A DNA stretch of 64,000 nucleotides from an uncultured Heliobacteriaceae bacterium. GTDB lineage: Bacteria; Acidobacteriota; Blastocatellia; RBC074. The stretch covers positions 28,277-92,276 of the forward strand of contig CAYXVZ010000018.1 in assembly GCA_964468345.1 (NCBI GenBank), read 5' to 3'. The stretch's first letter is position 1. Each line of letters starts with the position of its first letter. This document shows positions 21,790 to 33,256 of the stretch, in pieces. Made by a program: the position numbers and the translations under genes. Under the pieces are notes generated by a model. The model did not search any database. It saw only the letters and a list, made by a program, of their open reading frames with translations, and had not been told where the DNA came from.

Positions 21790-22010
21790 TGGAGAGTGGT
21801 TAGGGGCGAGCCGTAAGGCAGGGGCGAGTGGTTAGGGGCGAGGGGCGAGTTGAAAGCGCCGAGCGCTCAGTTGAAAGCTATGCCTTCAAAAAGCGATGAG
21901 TCGAATATTCGACTCATCGCTTTTTTCTTTTCTCTTTCGCTCCATTCTTCTCTTGCTTTTTCCTGGGCGCTCAGCACGCCCCTCGCCACTCGCCTTTTCG
22001 TCACAGAAAC
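21790..22010. repeat. composite repeat region: GGGGCGAG(TGGTTA) direct repeats, an internal terminator hairpin, and a distal CCCCTCGCCACTCGCC partner
   Basis: Direct repeats at 21800-21850. Reverse-complement words at 21990-22010. Confidence 0.7.
21888..21932 (+). terminator. rho-independent terminator (AAGCGATGAGTCGAA-tatt-TTCGACTCATCGCTT followed by TTTTTCTTTTC)
   Basis: Perfect 15-bp stem plus U-tract. Confidence 0.8.
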
Positions 22011-22200
22011 TTCAATGCCACGACACATGTTGCGCTTGTCAGTCCTGCCTGCGATTGTTACCATCATTGTTTTCTACATTACCCTGTAAATTCTGGACTT
22101 TCGCGGCGGTGGAGGGGTTCGCAACCTGCTCCACGATTGAGAGGGTCACTCCCTTGGGGACACCTGAGAAACAGAATTTACGATCCATCTGGAGCAAAGC

Positions 22201-23658
<1,458 letters not shown>

Positions 23659-23702
23659 TATTCCTCTTCAGCGAGCACTAATTTGACCTGCGTTATTTTT
23701 AT

Positions 23703-23760
23703 CACGAAGAAACGAAGAGCACGAAGATCTGGAAATCTTCGTGCTCTTCGTTTCTTCGTG
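23703..23760. repeat. family-A palindromic element: perfect 26-bp stem CACGAAGAAACGAAGAGCACGAAGAT, 6-nt loop
   Basis: Exact reverse complement at 23735-23760, followed by TTTTATAAAG. 45 bp after the UbiD stop. Confidence 0.9.
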
Positions 23761-24014
23761 TTTTATAAAGCCAACCGCCTGTCATTACTGCGAAATTTGA
23801 TCTTGTTAATAGGGAAAGAAATGCTTGCATCGCGCTACTGCAATGAAGTAACGTTCTCAGGAACCGATCCCGCCCCTTGCTTTCCCTTCCCCCAAACGAG
23901 CGACCCGGTGTAACACAACCTGTCTCTTCACGCGTTTGTACGCACAAAACTACAGAAGAACAAGACTGTCTTCAGCAATCATTTGAACGAATAGCAAGTC
24001 CAGGGAGAATAGAG

Positions 24015-24758
24015 ATGAATAGACGTGAAGCAATCGAAGCCTTAACGATCGGCGGCGCGGCGCTGCCATTTTCAAGTTTGATCACCACACCCGCAGAAGC
24101 GCAGGCGCCGGCCGCTGCCGCCGGCGCGATTCGGGCCTTTGCCGGCCAGCACAAACCGCGGCCGCTTTCCTTCGACCCCGCAAAACTCAACGGTTTGACG
24201 GAAAAGTTGTTGAAATCCCATTGGGAAAATAACTATGGCGGCACGATCAAGGCCCTCAATGCGGTCGAGATAAAGCTTGCGTCGCTGCTCCAGGAAAAAG
24301 ATCTGCCGCCGTATATGTATGGCGACCTGAAACGCGAAGAAATGATCCGCACCGGTTCCATGGTGCTGCACGATCATTATTTCGGAAACCTCGGCGGCGA
24401 CGGCAAGGCGGGCGACGATATCCTGTTCGCCATCCGGCAAACCTGGGGAAGTTATGAACTCTGGGAAATGGAATTCAAGAAAACCGGCAATGCGCTGGCG
24501 GGCGGTTCCGGTTGGGTCATTCTCGGCTATAACTTCCACACCGACACGCTGCACAATTACTGGGCGTGGGATCACATGCACAATGCGCCGGCTTCGCGGC
24601 CTTTGCTGGTGATGGACATGTATGAACACTCCTATCACATCGACTTCGGCGCCGCCGCCGCGAAATACGTCGATGCGTTTATGCTCAACGTGAAATGGGA
24701 AGAGGTCAATCGCCGCTTCCAACTGGCGCAAAAGGCATCACCGTTTATGCGCGCCTGA
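24015..24758 (+). CDS. Fe/Mn-family superoxide dismutase with Tat signal peptide
   Basis: SOD motifs (HHxxHH-like region, DMYEHSYH). N-terminal [16 protein letters not shown] twin-arginine signal. RBS AGGGAGAA before ATG 24015. Confidence 0.85.
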   Translation: MNRREAIEALTIGGAALPFSSLITTPAEAQAPAAAAGAIRAFAGQHKPRPLSFDPAKLNGLTEKLLKSHWENNYGGTIKALNAVEIKLASLLQEKDLPPYMYGDLKREEMIRTGSMVLHDHYFGNLGGDGKAGDDILFAIRQTWGSYELWEMEFKKTGNALAGGSGWVILGYNFHTDTLHNYWAWDHMHNAPASRPLLVMDMYEHSYHIDFGAAAAKYVDAFMLNVKWEEVNRRFQLAQKASPFMRA

Positions 24759-24762
24759 AAAC

Positions 24763-24853
24763 GAAAATCAAAAGGCAAAAGGCAAATATCAAAAGGCAAA
24801 AGTAAGGGGATTACTGTCGCCATTCGATATTTGCCTTTTGCCTTTTGATTTTC
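24763..24853. repeat. family-C hairpin (GAAAATCAAAAGGCAAAAGGCAAATATC / GATATTTGCCTTTTGCCTTTTGATTTTC)
   Basis: 28-bp arms, starting 5 nt after the SOD stop. Confidence 0.85.
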
Positions 24854-24884
24854 TGTATCGCTTCCCACTTTTCTTAGGCATTCC

Positions 24885-25895
24885 GTGGGGTATACTTCGG
24901 CCGTGAACTCCCAGGTCAAAAGATTCGTGGTGTATCAATCGCAAGCAGTGCAGGCAGGTGCGGATTCTTTCGCCGAGGATGTGCGGAAGGGCTTATCGGC
25001 CACGCCGAAGAGGCTGTTGCCGAAGTACTTCTATGATGCGCTCGGCTCGCAACTGTTTGAAGCCATCTGCCTGCTGCCGGAGTACTATCCAACGCGGGCT
25101 GAAAGCGAGATCTTTGCGCATCATGCCGCGGAGATCATTCGCGAGCTTCCTTCTCCGATCACGCTGTCGGAACTCGGCAGCGGGAGTTCGGTCAAAACGC
25201 GCCTGTTGATCGAAGCGATCCTCGCCCGGCAAACTCAATTGCATTATCAGCCGATGGATATCTCGGCTTCGATTCTGGAACAGAGCGCGGAGAAGCTCCT
25301 GGCGGATTATGCCCACCTGCGAATCAGCGGGCACGTGTGCGATTACACGATAGGTCTCGGTGAAATCGAACGCAACGGAACCGAACGCGTGCTGGCGCTC
25401 TTTCTCGGATCCAATATCGGCAATTACACACCGCAGGCCGCGCATCAATTGCTCCGGCAAATCCGTTCCGCCCTGCGGCCCGGCGATGCCTTGCTGCTCG
25501 GGGCCGATCTCAAAAAATCGCGCGAAATTCTTGAAGCGGCTTATGATGATTCGCTGGGTGTGACGGCCGCATTCAATCTCAACCTGCTCGCGCGAATCAA
25601 CCGCGAGCTCGACGCGAATTTCGACCTGCGGCAATTTCGACATCGGGCGGTCTTCAATGAAAAGGAAAGCCGGGTCGAAATGCATCTGGCGAGTACGGTC
25701 GCGCAATCCGTCGAAATTCGCGGGCTTGCGATGACGTTTTCCTTCCAGCCCGGCGAAACGATTCACACAGAAAACTCCTATAAATACGATCTCGACATGC
25801 TGGCCGAGCTTGCAACCGCCAGCGGCTTTGCGACCGCGAAAACCTGGTTCGACGCGGAGCGTCGCTTCAGTTGCAATCTCTGGATGGCGGCGTAG
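24885..25895 (+). CDS. egtD: L-histidine N-alpha-methyltransferase (EgtD, hercynine-forming)
   Basis: [27 protein letters not shown] and the rest align to the EgtD family. No egtB is nearby. Confidence 0.82.
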   Translation: MGYTSAVNSQVKRFVVYQSQAVQAGADSFAEDVRKGLSATPKRLLPKYFYDALGSQLFEAICLLPEYYPTRAESEIFAHHAAEIIRELPSPITLSELGSGSSVKTRLLIEAILARQTQLHYQPMDISASILEQSAEKLLADYAHLRISGHVCDYTIGLGEIERNGTERVLALFLGSNIGNYTPQAAHQLLRQIRSALRPGDALLLGADLKKSREILEAAYDDSLGVTAAFNLNLLARINRELDANFDLRQFRHRAVFNEKESRVEMHLASTVAQSVEIRGLAMTFSFQPGETIHTENSYKYDLDMLAELATASGFATAKTWFDAERRFSCNLWMAA

Positions 25896-25921
25896 CAGTT
25901 GCCAAAATAAAATTCCAACTC

Positions 25922-26085
25922 GCGAAACGTATGGAGTGCGGCGCGTTCGGCGCCGCTTTGATATTCCTTTGTGTGAAGAGCCGGATCCTATGCACAGATG
26001 CCTTGGCCAACCCTGTTCTTTAGCGTATCTATCAATGAAGGAATGCCAAAGCGGCGCCGAACGCGCCGCACTCCATACGTTTCGC
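25922..26085. repeat. 39-bp perfect inverted repeat (GCGAAACGTATGGAGTGCGGCGCGTTCGGCGCCGCTTTG) flanking an 86-bp spacer
   Basis: Arms 25922-25960 and 26047-26085, between egtD and the GHMP kinase. Confidence 0.85.
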
Positions 26086-26138
26086 AACTTCTAAAAGGAA
26101 ATTATTGGTCGAGCCCGATTCAATCACATTTCAATTGT

Positions 26139-27494
26139 ATGAGCCCCTTATCCCAAATGACCGATCCCGACGATCTCAAAGCCGCGCTTGACCGGTTCCG
26201 TACGTTATATGGCCCCGGCGAAGTCCGGGCGCTGCGCGCGCCGGCGCGAATCAATGTTCTGGGCGAGCACGTCGATTACGTGACCTACCTGCCCACGGCA
26301 TCGCTTCCCTTCGGCAGCCGCCAGCATGCGATGACGATGCTGTATCGTCCCACTGGAGACGGCATCGTTCGCGGAGCCTCCACGCAGGAAGCGTTCGCGC
26401 CCTTCGAATTTTCCCTGCGCGACGAATCGCTGACGGGGCAGGACTGGGAAGCATGGATTTTCGATCGGCCCGCGCCGGCGCCGCATTGGAGCAATTATGT
26501 GAAGGGCGCCGTTTTTTATGCGCGGTGGAAACATGGCCCGGCGTTGAATCAGGGCCTTTCGTTTCTGATCGATTCCGCAATTCCGGCCAACAGCGGCGCA
26601 TCTTCGTCATCGGCGCTGGTTGTGCTGGCAGGCGCGGCGATCCGGCAGGTCAATCGGGTCGAATGCGAACTTGAGATGCTGGCGCGGGAATCCGCACAGG
26701 CCGAATGGTATATGGGAACGCGCGGCGGCGCGCTCGATCATACGGCGATCTGCCTTTCACGCGCGGGCCACGTGATTCACCTGCAGCATCGCGATACACC
26801 GGTCGAGTGGATTCCCATCCCCGATGCGGACTATCGATGGGTCACGTTCTTCACGCACCCGGCGCCCAAGGGCAGCGAAGTCATGCTGGCCTATAACGAA
26901 CGCGCCGCCGTTTCGCGCTTGATCCTTCCCGCGCTGCGAAACGAAATGGCGGGGGAACTTCCCGAAGCGATTACGCCGGAAGAACTCGCCGTCCGCCTGC
27001 CGCAGGTCTATCGGGAATGCGAGCGGGTGTTCCCCGCGCTGGTCCGCGAACGTCGCGGACATCCATTGAAACTGCGCGCGCGTTTCGATCATCACGTCGG
27101 CGAAATCGACCTGGTGAACCGGGCGATCGCCACGATTGGAAACCCTGCATTGCCGCCGGACGCGCAAATGCGCGCGCTCGGCGACATGCTGAATCGATCG
27201 CACGAAAGCCTGCGCGACAAATATGAAGTGTCGACGCCGGAAGTCGAAGAACTGATTGAGATTCTCTGGAATGACGCCGCGATTTACGGCGCGCGGATGA
27301 TGGGGGGCGGGTTCGGCGGGAATGTGCTGGCCTTGACGGCAGCCGATGAAGTGCGGGATGCGATCGCTCGCGTGCAGGAGGCGTATTATCGACCGCGCGG
27401 TCGAAATGCCTGGAAGGAAGGTTCGGTGATGGTTTCCACCCCGGGGACAGGACTTTCGTCGCTCGATCTCTCGACGGTGAACCGGGGCTGCTGA
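26139..27494 (+). CDS. GHMP-family sugar kinase (galactokinase-like)
   Basis: GHMP motif PANSGASSSSALVV and GGGFGG. Start at ATG 26139. The ORF-track start at 25998 lies inside the inverted repeat. Confidence 0.8.
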   Translation: MSPLSQMTDPDDLKAALDRFRTLYGPGEVRALRAPARINVLGEHVDYVTYLPTASLPFGSRQHAMTMLYRPTGDGIVRGASTQEAFAPFEFSLRDESLTGQDWEAWIFDRPAPAPHWSNYVKGAVFYARWKHGPALNQGLSFLIDSAIPANSGASSSSALVVLAGAAIRQVNRVECELEMLARESAQAEWYMGTRGGALDHTAICLSRAGHVIHLQHRDTPVEWIPIPDADYRWVTFFTHPAPKGSEVMLAYNERAAVSRLILPALRNEMAGELPEAITPEELAVRLPQVYRECERVFPALVRERRGHPLKLRARFDHHVGEIDLVNRAIATIGNPALPPDAQMRALGDMLNRSHESLRDKYEVSTPEVEELIEILWNDAAIYGARMMGGGFGGNVLALTAADEVRDAIARVQEAYYRPRGRNAWKEGSVMVSTPGTGLSSLDLSTVNRGC

Positions 27495-27595
27495 AACCAC
27501 AGATCAACAATCAGGAACTGCTCCTGTGCGATGCAATTTGTCGGTTCGTTCTTGTTCATCTGTGATTTCAACATCGGCACCCTGCACCTGGACGA

Positions 27596-28051
27596 TTACG
27601 AGCGTGCGGCGAAGAGCGAAAACAAACGCTGAAGGGGGACTTCGCGCCGCCAACCCCGGCTTCTTCTTGTCGTTGCGACAACCGGCACTTCCGCCACTTC
27701 CCGTTCAAGGTCGACTTCTTCGGCGTGCACCCGCACGTGCTGTGCGAACGCCATATCCTTCGCCTTCTGCCGTTTATCCTGGGCCGTGCTGTATTCCACG
27801 AAGATTTCGCGGCGAAGTTCCGCTTCGCGCCGAATGGTATCGCGGAAGAGGCGTTCTTTCGCGGTTCGCTCTTCTTCCGAAGTGCGCAGCATTTCTCGAA
27901 TGTTTGCGATTTCCGCCTGCAGCGTTTCGATTCGCCGCACGGCGCTGGGCAGCGTCGCATACCGGCTTTGCGGTGCGGCGCCGTCCAGCATTTCAGTTGG
28001 GCTCGGAGGAAATTCCATCGATTTCGGTGTCAGGTCTTTTTGCGGTTCCAT
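27596..28051 (-). CDS. hypothetical small coiled-coil protein (coding status uncertain)
   Basis: ORF with an AAGGAA RBS before Met at 28051. Charged heptad-like sequence. No family assignment. Confidence 0.35.
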   Translation of the reverse strand: MEPQKDLTPKSMEFPPSPTEMLDGAAPQSRYATLPSAVRRIETLQAEIANIREMLRTSEEERTAKERLFRDTIRREAELRREIFVEYSTAQDKRQKAKDMAFAQHVRVHAEEVDLEREVAEVPVVATTRRSRGWRREVPLQRLFSLFAARS

Positions 28052-28897
28052 AAGAGAGTTCGTTCCTTTCATCTCACGTTTTCCCAACATCAAACGCGGC
28101 TGTACTTGCACGTCAAGATACGGCTTGAAAGGCCATGGCTTGGCTCTAGCTCCTGCTTCCCTCGATGCGCCGGATTTGTTTTCCTTCGCAGAAGCGTACG
28201 ACCGATCGTCGGATTTCAGGGGGCAACCATGATTGAAAAAATTGGAGTCCCGACTGTGGCTCGTATACTTACGCCCCACTGTCAGCCGAATAGGTAATTG
28301 TTGTCTGGATCCCTTGGTGGTCGAAACGACCGCGGGTTGCTTCCTTTAAAAAACTTTTCCGAGCCTTGCCGCCCGGACTTTCAGAGTTGATAGATTCCGT
28401 GAGGTTGTGAAAGCTGGAATCTCTATCTTCCCTTCCCGATTTTTGCGAGAAGCAATGTAGTCTGTCTGTTTATCAACTAGGTTGATTTGGTCTCTATCGG
28501 ATTGTGGTGTCGGCTGCGTGGGGTGTTGTTTACCGACGCACGGAATGTACCGAAAAGGATTTTCCCGGTCAATAAGAGAATTCGCCGCGTGTCATTTTTC
28601 TGATAGTTTTTTCCCGGACTTCATCTCTTCTTACAGTAGCGTCCTCGATAGGACGGGATCAACTTACAGTTTCTCCAAAATTTCGGAATTACAAATTCAA
28701 TTTCTCGCATGATTGCCGCTTGTGAGAGATCGCGCATGCCCTGATTTCATCGATGCGCGAATCGCATATCGCATTTCAGCAAGCAGCCGTGTAAAGCGCG
28801 CCGGAAAATGCGTTGCAGATTGATTTGGTTTATACTCCGCGCCACAATCATAACGATTTCTGCGTACAGCAATTCTATCGCTTTCAAGAAAGTGAAC

Positions 28898-28990
28898 TTC
28901 ACCACGAAGAAACGAAGAGCCTGAAGGATGTGCGAAAAGCTCTATATCTTCTTCATTTCTCTCCTTCGTGCTTTTCGTTTCTTTGTGGTT
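28898..28990. repeat. degenerate family-A hairpin (~85% arm identity)
   Basis: CACCACGAAGAAACGAAGAGCCTGAAGGA versus TCCTTCGTGCTTTTCGTTTCTTTGTGGTT. Confidence 0.7.
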
Positions 28991-29042
28991 TCATTTTCGC
29001 GAACTCTAGAGACGAACAAATCCGTTTAAAGGAGCCGAAACC

Positions 29043-30353
29043 ATGGCGGCCGTATCCCCTGCTGCGATCTCGAAACGTCGCCCGATCCCCGCGCTGCGCT
29101 GGTGGATCGGCGGCATGTTGTTTCTTTCCACGGTGATCAACTATCTGGACCGGCAGACGCTCTCGATTTTGGCGCCGTATCTGAAAACGGAGTATCAATG
29201 GACGAATGCCGACTATGCCAATCTGGTGATTGCATTTCGCATCGCGTATTCGGCCGGGCAGACGATCTTTGGTCGCATCATGGATCGGATCGGCACCCGG
29301 CGCGGATTGACGATCTCCGTCACCTGGTATTCCATTGTTTCGATCCTGACATCGCTGGCAAACGGCTGGTACAGCTTTGCGGGCTTCCGCTTCTTGTTGG
29401 GTGCGGGCGAATCTGCGAACTGGCCGGCGGCGACGAAAGCCGTCGCCGAATGGTTTCCGAACCGGGAACGCGGCTGGGCGACGGCCCTGTTCGACAGCGG
29501 TTCATCCATTGGCGGGGCAATTGCGCCGTTGCTGATCGTGCCGATTTACTTGCGGTGGGGATGGCGGCCGGCATTTATTATTCCCGGCCTGCTCGGATTT
29601 TTGTGGCTGATCGCGTGGCGAAAGATTTATTATCCTCCCGAATCGCACCCACACGTCACTGACGCAGAACGAAACATGATCGAGGCGGATAAGGCGGAAT
29701 CGACGGCTGGCAACGACACGTCAGAACCTCCCCAATGGAAACAACTGCTGCGGCTTCCCCAAACCTGGGGCGTCATCATCGCCCGCTCCTTTACGGATCC
29801 GGTCTGGTTTTTTATTGCGGACTGGTTCGCCATCTATCTCGTCTCAAAAGGATTCAAACTTGAAAACACACTGATGGCCTTCTGGATTCCGTTCGTCGCG
29901 GCGGACCTGGGCAATTTTTTCGGCGGCGGCGTTTCGAGCTGGCTGATCAATCGCGGCTGGTCCGTCGAATGGGCTCGCAAGGCAGTGATCCTCTTCGGCG
30001 GCCTCGGCATGACATTTTTGATTCCGACGATTTATTCGAATTCACTCTTTGCAATCGCCGGCTTGTTTGCGATCTCGACCTTTGCGTACGCGGCATTCTC
30101 GACCATGGCGATTGTGCTGGCTCCGGACTTGTTCCAGAACCGAGCGGTTGCAACGGTCAGCGGAATGAGCGGAACGGCCGCCGGCATCGGAACGATTCTG
30201 GCCACGATGCTGATCGGCGCGATTGCGGATCGGTATTCTTTTGAACCGATCCTGATCGGGGCCAGCATCATTCCCTTAATCGGGATGGTGCTCGTCTTGA
30301 TTCTGGTTCGGAATCCGGTCCGGGACGAGAGCGGAGTTCTTCGCAGGATTTAA
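29043..30353 (+). CDS. MFS transporter, anion:cation symporter (ACS) family, hexuronate/sugar-acid transporter-like
   Basis: 12-TM profile. The [14 protein letters not shown] signature is typical of ExuT/ACS-family members. Confidence 0.88.
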   Translation: MAAVSPAAISKRRPIPALRWWIGGMLFLSTVINYLDRQTLSILAPYLKTEYQWTNADYANLVIAFRIAYSAGQTIFGRIMDRIGTRRGLTISVTWYSIVSILTSLANGWYSFAGFRFLLGAGESANWPAATKAVAEWFPNRERGWATALFDSGSSIGGAIAPLLIVPIYLRWGWRPAFIIPGLLGFLWLIAWRKIYYPPESHPHVTDAERNMIEADKAESTAGNDTSEPPQWKQLLRLPQTWGVIIARSFTDPVWFFIADWFAIYLVSKGFKLENTLMAFWIPFVAADLGNFFGGGVSSWLINRGWSVEWARKAVILFGGLGMTFLIPTIYSNSLFAIAGLFAISTFAYAAFSTMAIVLAPDLFQNRAVATVSGMSGTAAGIGTILATMLIGAIADRYSFEPILIGASIIPLIGMVLVLILVRNPVRDESGVLRRI

Positions 30354-30356
30354 CGT

Positions 30357-31706
30357 ATGAAACCTTTGAAAATCGGCATCACGGGAGTGCGCGGCATCGT
30401 GGGGGAAACCTTCACGCCGGAGCTGGCAATCTCGTTTGCACAGGCTTTTGGAACATATGTGGACGGCAGCCCGATTCTGGTCTGCCGCGATACGCGTGCC
30501 TCGGGCCCGATGGTTCGTTCGGCCGTGATCGCGGGCCTGCTGGCCACCGGATGCGAAGTGATCGATCTCGGCGTTTGTCCGACGCCGACGATGCAACTGG
30601 CGGTTCGCAAATACGGCGCGCGCGGCGGCATATCGATTACGGCGGGACACAATCCGTCGCAATGGAATGCTCTGAAATTCGTCCGCGCGGACGGCCTCTA
30701 TCTGAACATCACGCAGGCGGAGGAACTGCTCGACATCTATCATCAGGCGGAATACGAAAAAGCGCCGTGGAATCGGATCCCCACGCAAATTCGGTATGAA
30801 GACGCGATTCCTTATCACATCGAGACATTGAAAAAGCTGTTCGATGTCGAGGCAATCCGGGCACGCGGGCTAAAGGTTGCGGTCGATTGCTGCAACGGAG
30901 CCTGTTCGATGCTCAGTCCGCGCTGGCTGGAGGAACTCGGCTGCAAGGTGCTATCGATCAATGACGATCCTTCGCAACCCTTTCCCCACAATCCCGAGCC
31001 GAACCGCCAGACGATGGCGCAGCTTCGGGCCATCGTGAAGGCGGGCGGCGCCGCCATCGGATTCGCGCACGATGCCGATGGTGAGCGCCTTGGGCTGGTC
31101 ACGGAAACCGGCGAAATCCTATCGGAAGAAATGACCCTGGCCATCGCAGCCGAAATCAAACTCAGCCGCACGCCAGGCGTGGTCGTGACCAACATTTCAA
31201 CCACGAGCGCCATCGAGAAAATCGCCGCGCGCCATCATTCCACGGTCGTGCGAACGCCGGTCGGAACCGCGCATATTTCCGAAGCGATTCTGGAGAACAA
31301 TGCAGTGCTGGGCGGCGAAGGAAACGGCGCGGTCGCGCTGCCCGAGCTTCATCCAACCAATGACAGCGCCGCGACCATCGGGCTGATCCTGGAACATCTT
31401 TCGCGCACCGGGCAGAACCTTTCCGATGTGATCGCCGGACTGCCGCGCCTTTTCTCGCGCAAGCATTTTGTGCCGGTCGCGCCGCACCTGCTGTTTTCGG
31501 TGTTGAATGAGCTGCGAGATGAAGTGGAGGCGTCCCAGGCGAAGACCATCGATCTCAGCGACGGCGTCAAGCTGGGCTGGCCCGATGGATGGCTGCACAT
31601 CCGCGCTTCGAATACCGAATCGATGATTCGCGTCATCGCCGAAGCGGAAACTGAAAAACGCGTCAATGATTTGATGAACTGGGCCCTCGACCGGCTGAAG
31701 GTGTAA
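30357..31706 (+). CDS. alpha-D-phosphohexomutase-family paralog 1 (divergent: TAGHNP instead of TASHNP, DADGER instead of DxDxDR)
   Basis: Four-domain PGM/PMM architecture, GxxGxRG N-terminus and RASNTE phosphate loop. GGA (Gly) replaces the phosphoserine codon. Confidence 0.88.
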   Translation: MKPLKIGITGVRGIVGETFTPELAISFAQAFGTYVDGSPILVCRDTRASGPMVRSAVIAGLLATGCEVIDLGVCPTPTMQLAVRKYGARGGISITAGHNPSQWNALKFVRADGLYLNITQAEELLDIYHQAEYEKAPWNRIPTQIRYEDAIPYHIETLKKLFDVEAIRARGLKVAVDCCNGACSMLSPRWLEELGCKVLSINDDPSQPFPHNPEPNRQTMAQLRAIVKAGGAAIGFAHDADGERLGLVTETGEILSEEMTLAIAAEIKLSRTPGVVVTNISTTSAIEKIAARHHSTVVRTPVGTAHISEAILENNAVLGGEGNGAVALPELHPTNDSAATIGLILEHLSRTGQNLSDVIAGLPRLFSRKHFVPVAPHLLFSVLNELRDEVEASQAKTIDLSDGVKLGWPDGWLHIRASNTESMIRVIAEAETEKRVNDLMNWALDRLKV

Positions 31707-31712
31707 TTCGAT

Positions 31713-33101
31713 ATGCGAGCGATTCCAACTTTAAAAATCAGTATTTCGGGTGTGCGCGGCGTCATCGGCGATTCGCTGACGCCGACGCTGCTGGCGCGCT
31801 TTGCGCAGGCTTTCGGCACCTATGTGGGTTCGGGCACGATCGTCATCGGCCGCGACACGCGGACGTCGGGAGAAATGGTGCGGCAGGCGGTCATCGCGGG
31901 TCTTCTTTCCAGCGGATGCCGCGTCATCGACCTCGACATCTGCCCCGTTCCCACGGTGCAGTTAATGGTGCGGCAACGCAATGCGCATGGCGGCATCGCC
32001 ATCACGGCCAGTCACAATCCGGCGGAATGGAACGCGCTGAAGTTCATCAACGCCGAAGGCTTGTTCCTGAGCCCCGGCCAGGCGCGCGAACTGCTGGATA
32101 TTTATCACCAGGGCGATTACACCAAAGTCGCCGGGACCGAAATGCGTTCGGTCGAGCCCTTCAGCGGCGGCATCGATGCGCATATCGAAGCCATTCTGAA
32201 TGCCGTCGGCCCGCTGCCGGCAGCGGGACGCAAATTGAAGGTCGCGCTCGATTCCTGCAACGGCGCCGGTTCCATCATCGCGCCCAAACTCATCCAGGCG
32301 CTCGGCGCGGAGGTCGTGACGATTCACACCACCCCGGACGGCAGCTTTCCCCGCGGCGCGGAGCCGACCGCCGAAAATTTATCGGCGCTGTGCAATCTCG
32401 TCCGTGAATCCAAGGCCGATGTCGGATTCGCGCAGGATATGGACGCCGATCGGCTGGGCGTCGTCTCGGAAAAGGGCGAGCCGATCGGAGAGGATTACAC
32501 GCTGGTGCTGGCGACCCGCTACATTCTCGATCAAACGCCGGGACCGGTTGTCACCAATCTTTCCACCAGCGCCGCCATGGATGCGGTCGTTGAAATGTTC
32601 GGCTGCCCGCTTCATCGATCGAAGATCGGCGAAGCCAACGTGACCGAGTTGATGCACAAGGTCCACGCGGTGATCGGCGGCGAAGGCAACGGCGGCGTCA
32701 TCTACCCCAAAATCAATTATTGCCGCGACAGCCAGGTCGGCATGGCGCTCGTCCTGCACCTGCTCGCGCGAACGGGCCGCCGCATTTCGGATCTGGTCGA
32801 CGACCTTCCCCGCTACAAGATGATCAAGGAAAAGGTCGAAGTCCCCTCGGACAAGATCGCCGAGATCCTGAAACGCATTCGGCAGCGCTATGCAGCCTAT
32901 TCAATCGACTTGCGGGACGGCGTGAAGGTGAATTTCGACGGCGGCTCCAAAGCCTGGCTGCACGTTCGCGGATCGAACACCGAACCGATCCTGCGATTGG
33001 TGGCGGAAGCCGAAACGGAAACCCGCGCGAGGGAGATTATTGCGGAAGCGTATGAGGAAGTGAACCGACAGGAGGCAGGAGGCAGCGGAAGTCGGCAGTA
33101 A
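31713..33101 (+). CDS. alpha-D-phosphohexomutase (phosphoglucomutase/phosphomannomutase/phosphoglucosamine mutase family), canonical paralog 2
   Basis: TASHNP active-site loop, DMDADR metal loop, GGEGNG sugar loop and RGSNTEP phosphate loop all present. Confidence 0.9.
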   Translation: MRAIPTLKISISGVRGVIGDSLTPTLLARFAQAFGTYVGSGTIVIGRDTRTSGEMVRQAVIAGLLSSGCRVIDLDICPVPTVQLMVRQRNAHGGIAITASHNPAEWNALKFINAEGLFLSPGQARELLDIYHQGDYTKVAGTEMRSVEPFSGGIDAHIEAILNAVGPLPAAGRKLKVALDSCNGAGSIIAPKLIQALGAEVVTIHTTPDGSFPRGAEPTAENLSALCNLVRESKADVGFAQDMDADRLGVVSEKGEPIGEDYTLVLATRYILDQTPGPVVTNLSTSAAMDAVVEMFGCPLHRSKIGEANVTELMHKVHAVIGGEGNGGVIYPKINYCRDSQVGMALVLHLLARTGRRISDLVDDLPRYKMIKEKVEVPSDKIAEILKRIRQRYAAYSIDLRDGVKVNFDGGSKAWLHVRGSNTEPILRLVAEAETETRAREIIAEAYEEVNRQEAGGSGSRQ

Positions 33102-33255
33102 GCAGTTTTCTCTCTCAGTCGGAAACGAAAGGAAAGCCTGGCAGAGTATGCTGACTCATAGTCCTTGCCTTCTTCTCTTCGCAAGAGAAGGTTCTTCGGA
33201 TATCAGGAAATCCCGTGGTAATTCCTGCCGACTGCCGCTGCCTCCTGCCGACTGC
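33072..33255. repeat. composite hairpin: GGAGGCAGGAGGCAGCGGAAGTCGGCAG / CTGCCGACTGCCGCTGCCTCCTGCCGACTGCC arms around a 120-nt loop with an inner small hairpin
   Basis: The left arm encodes the last ~10 codons of paralog 2. The CTGCCGA word recurs at 44810-44835. Confidence 0.8.
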
Positions 33256-33256
33256 C

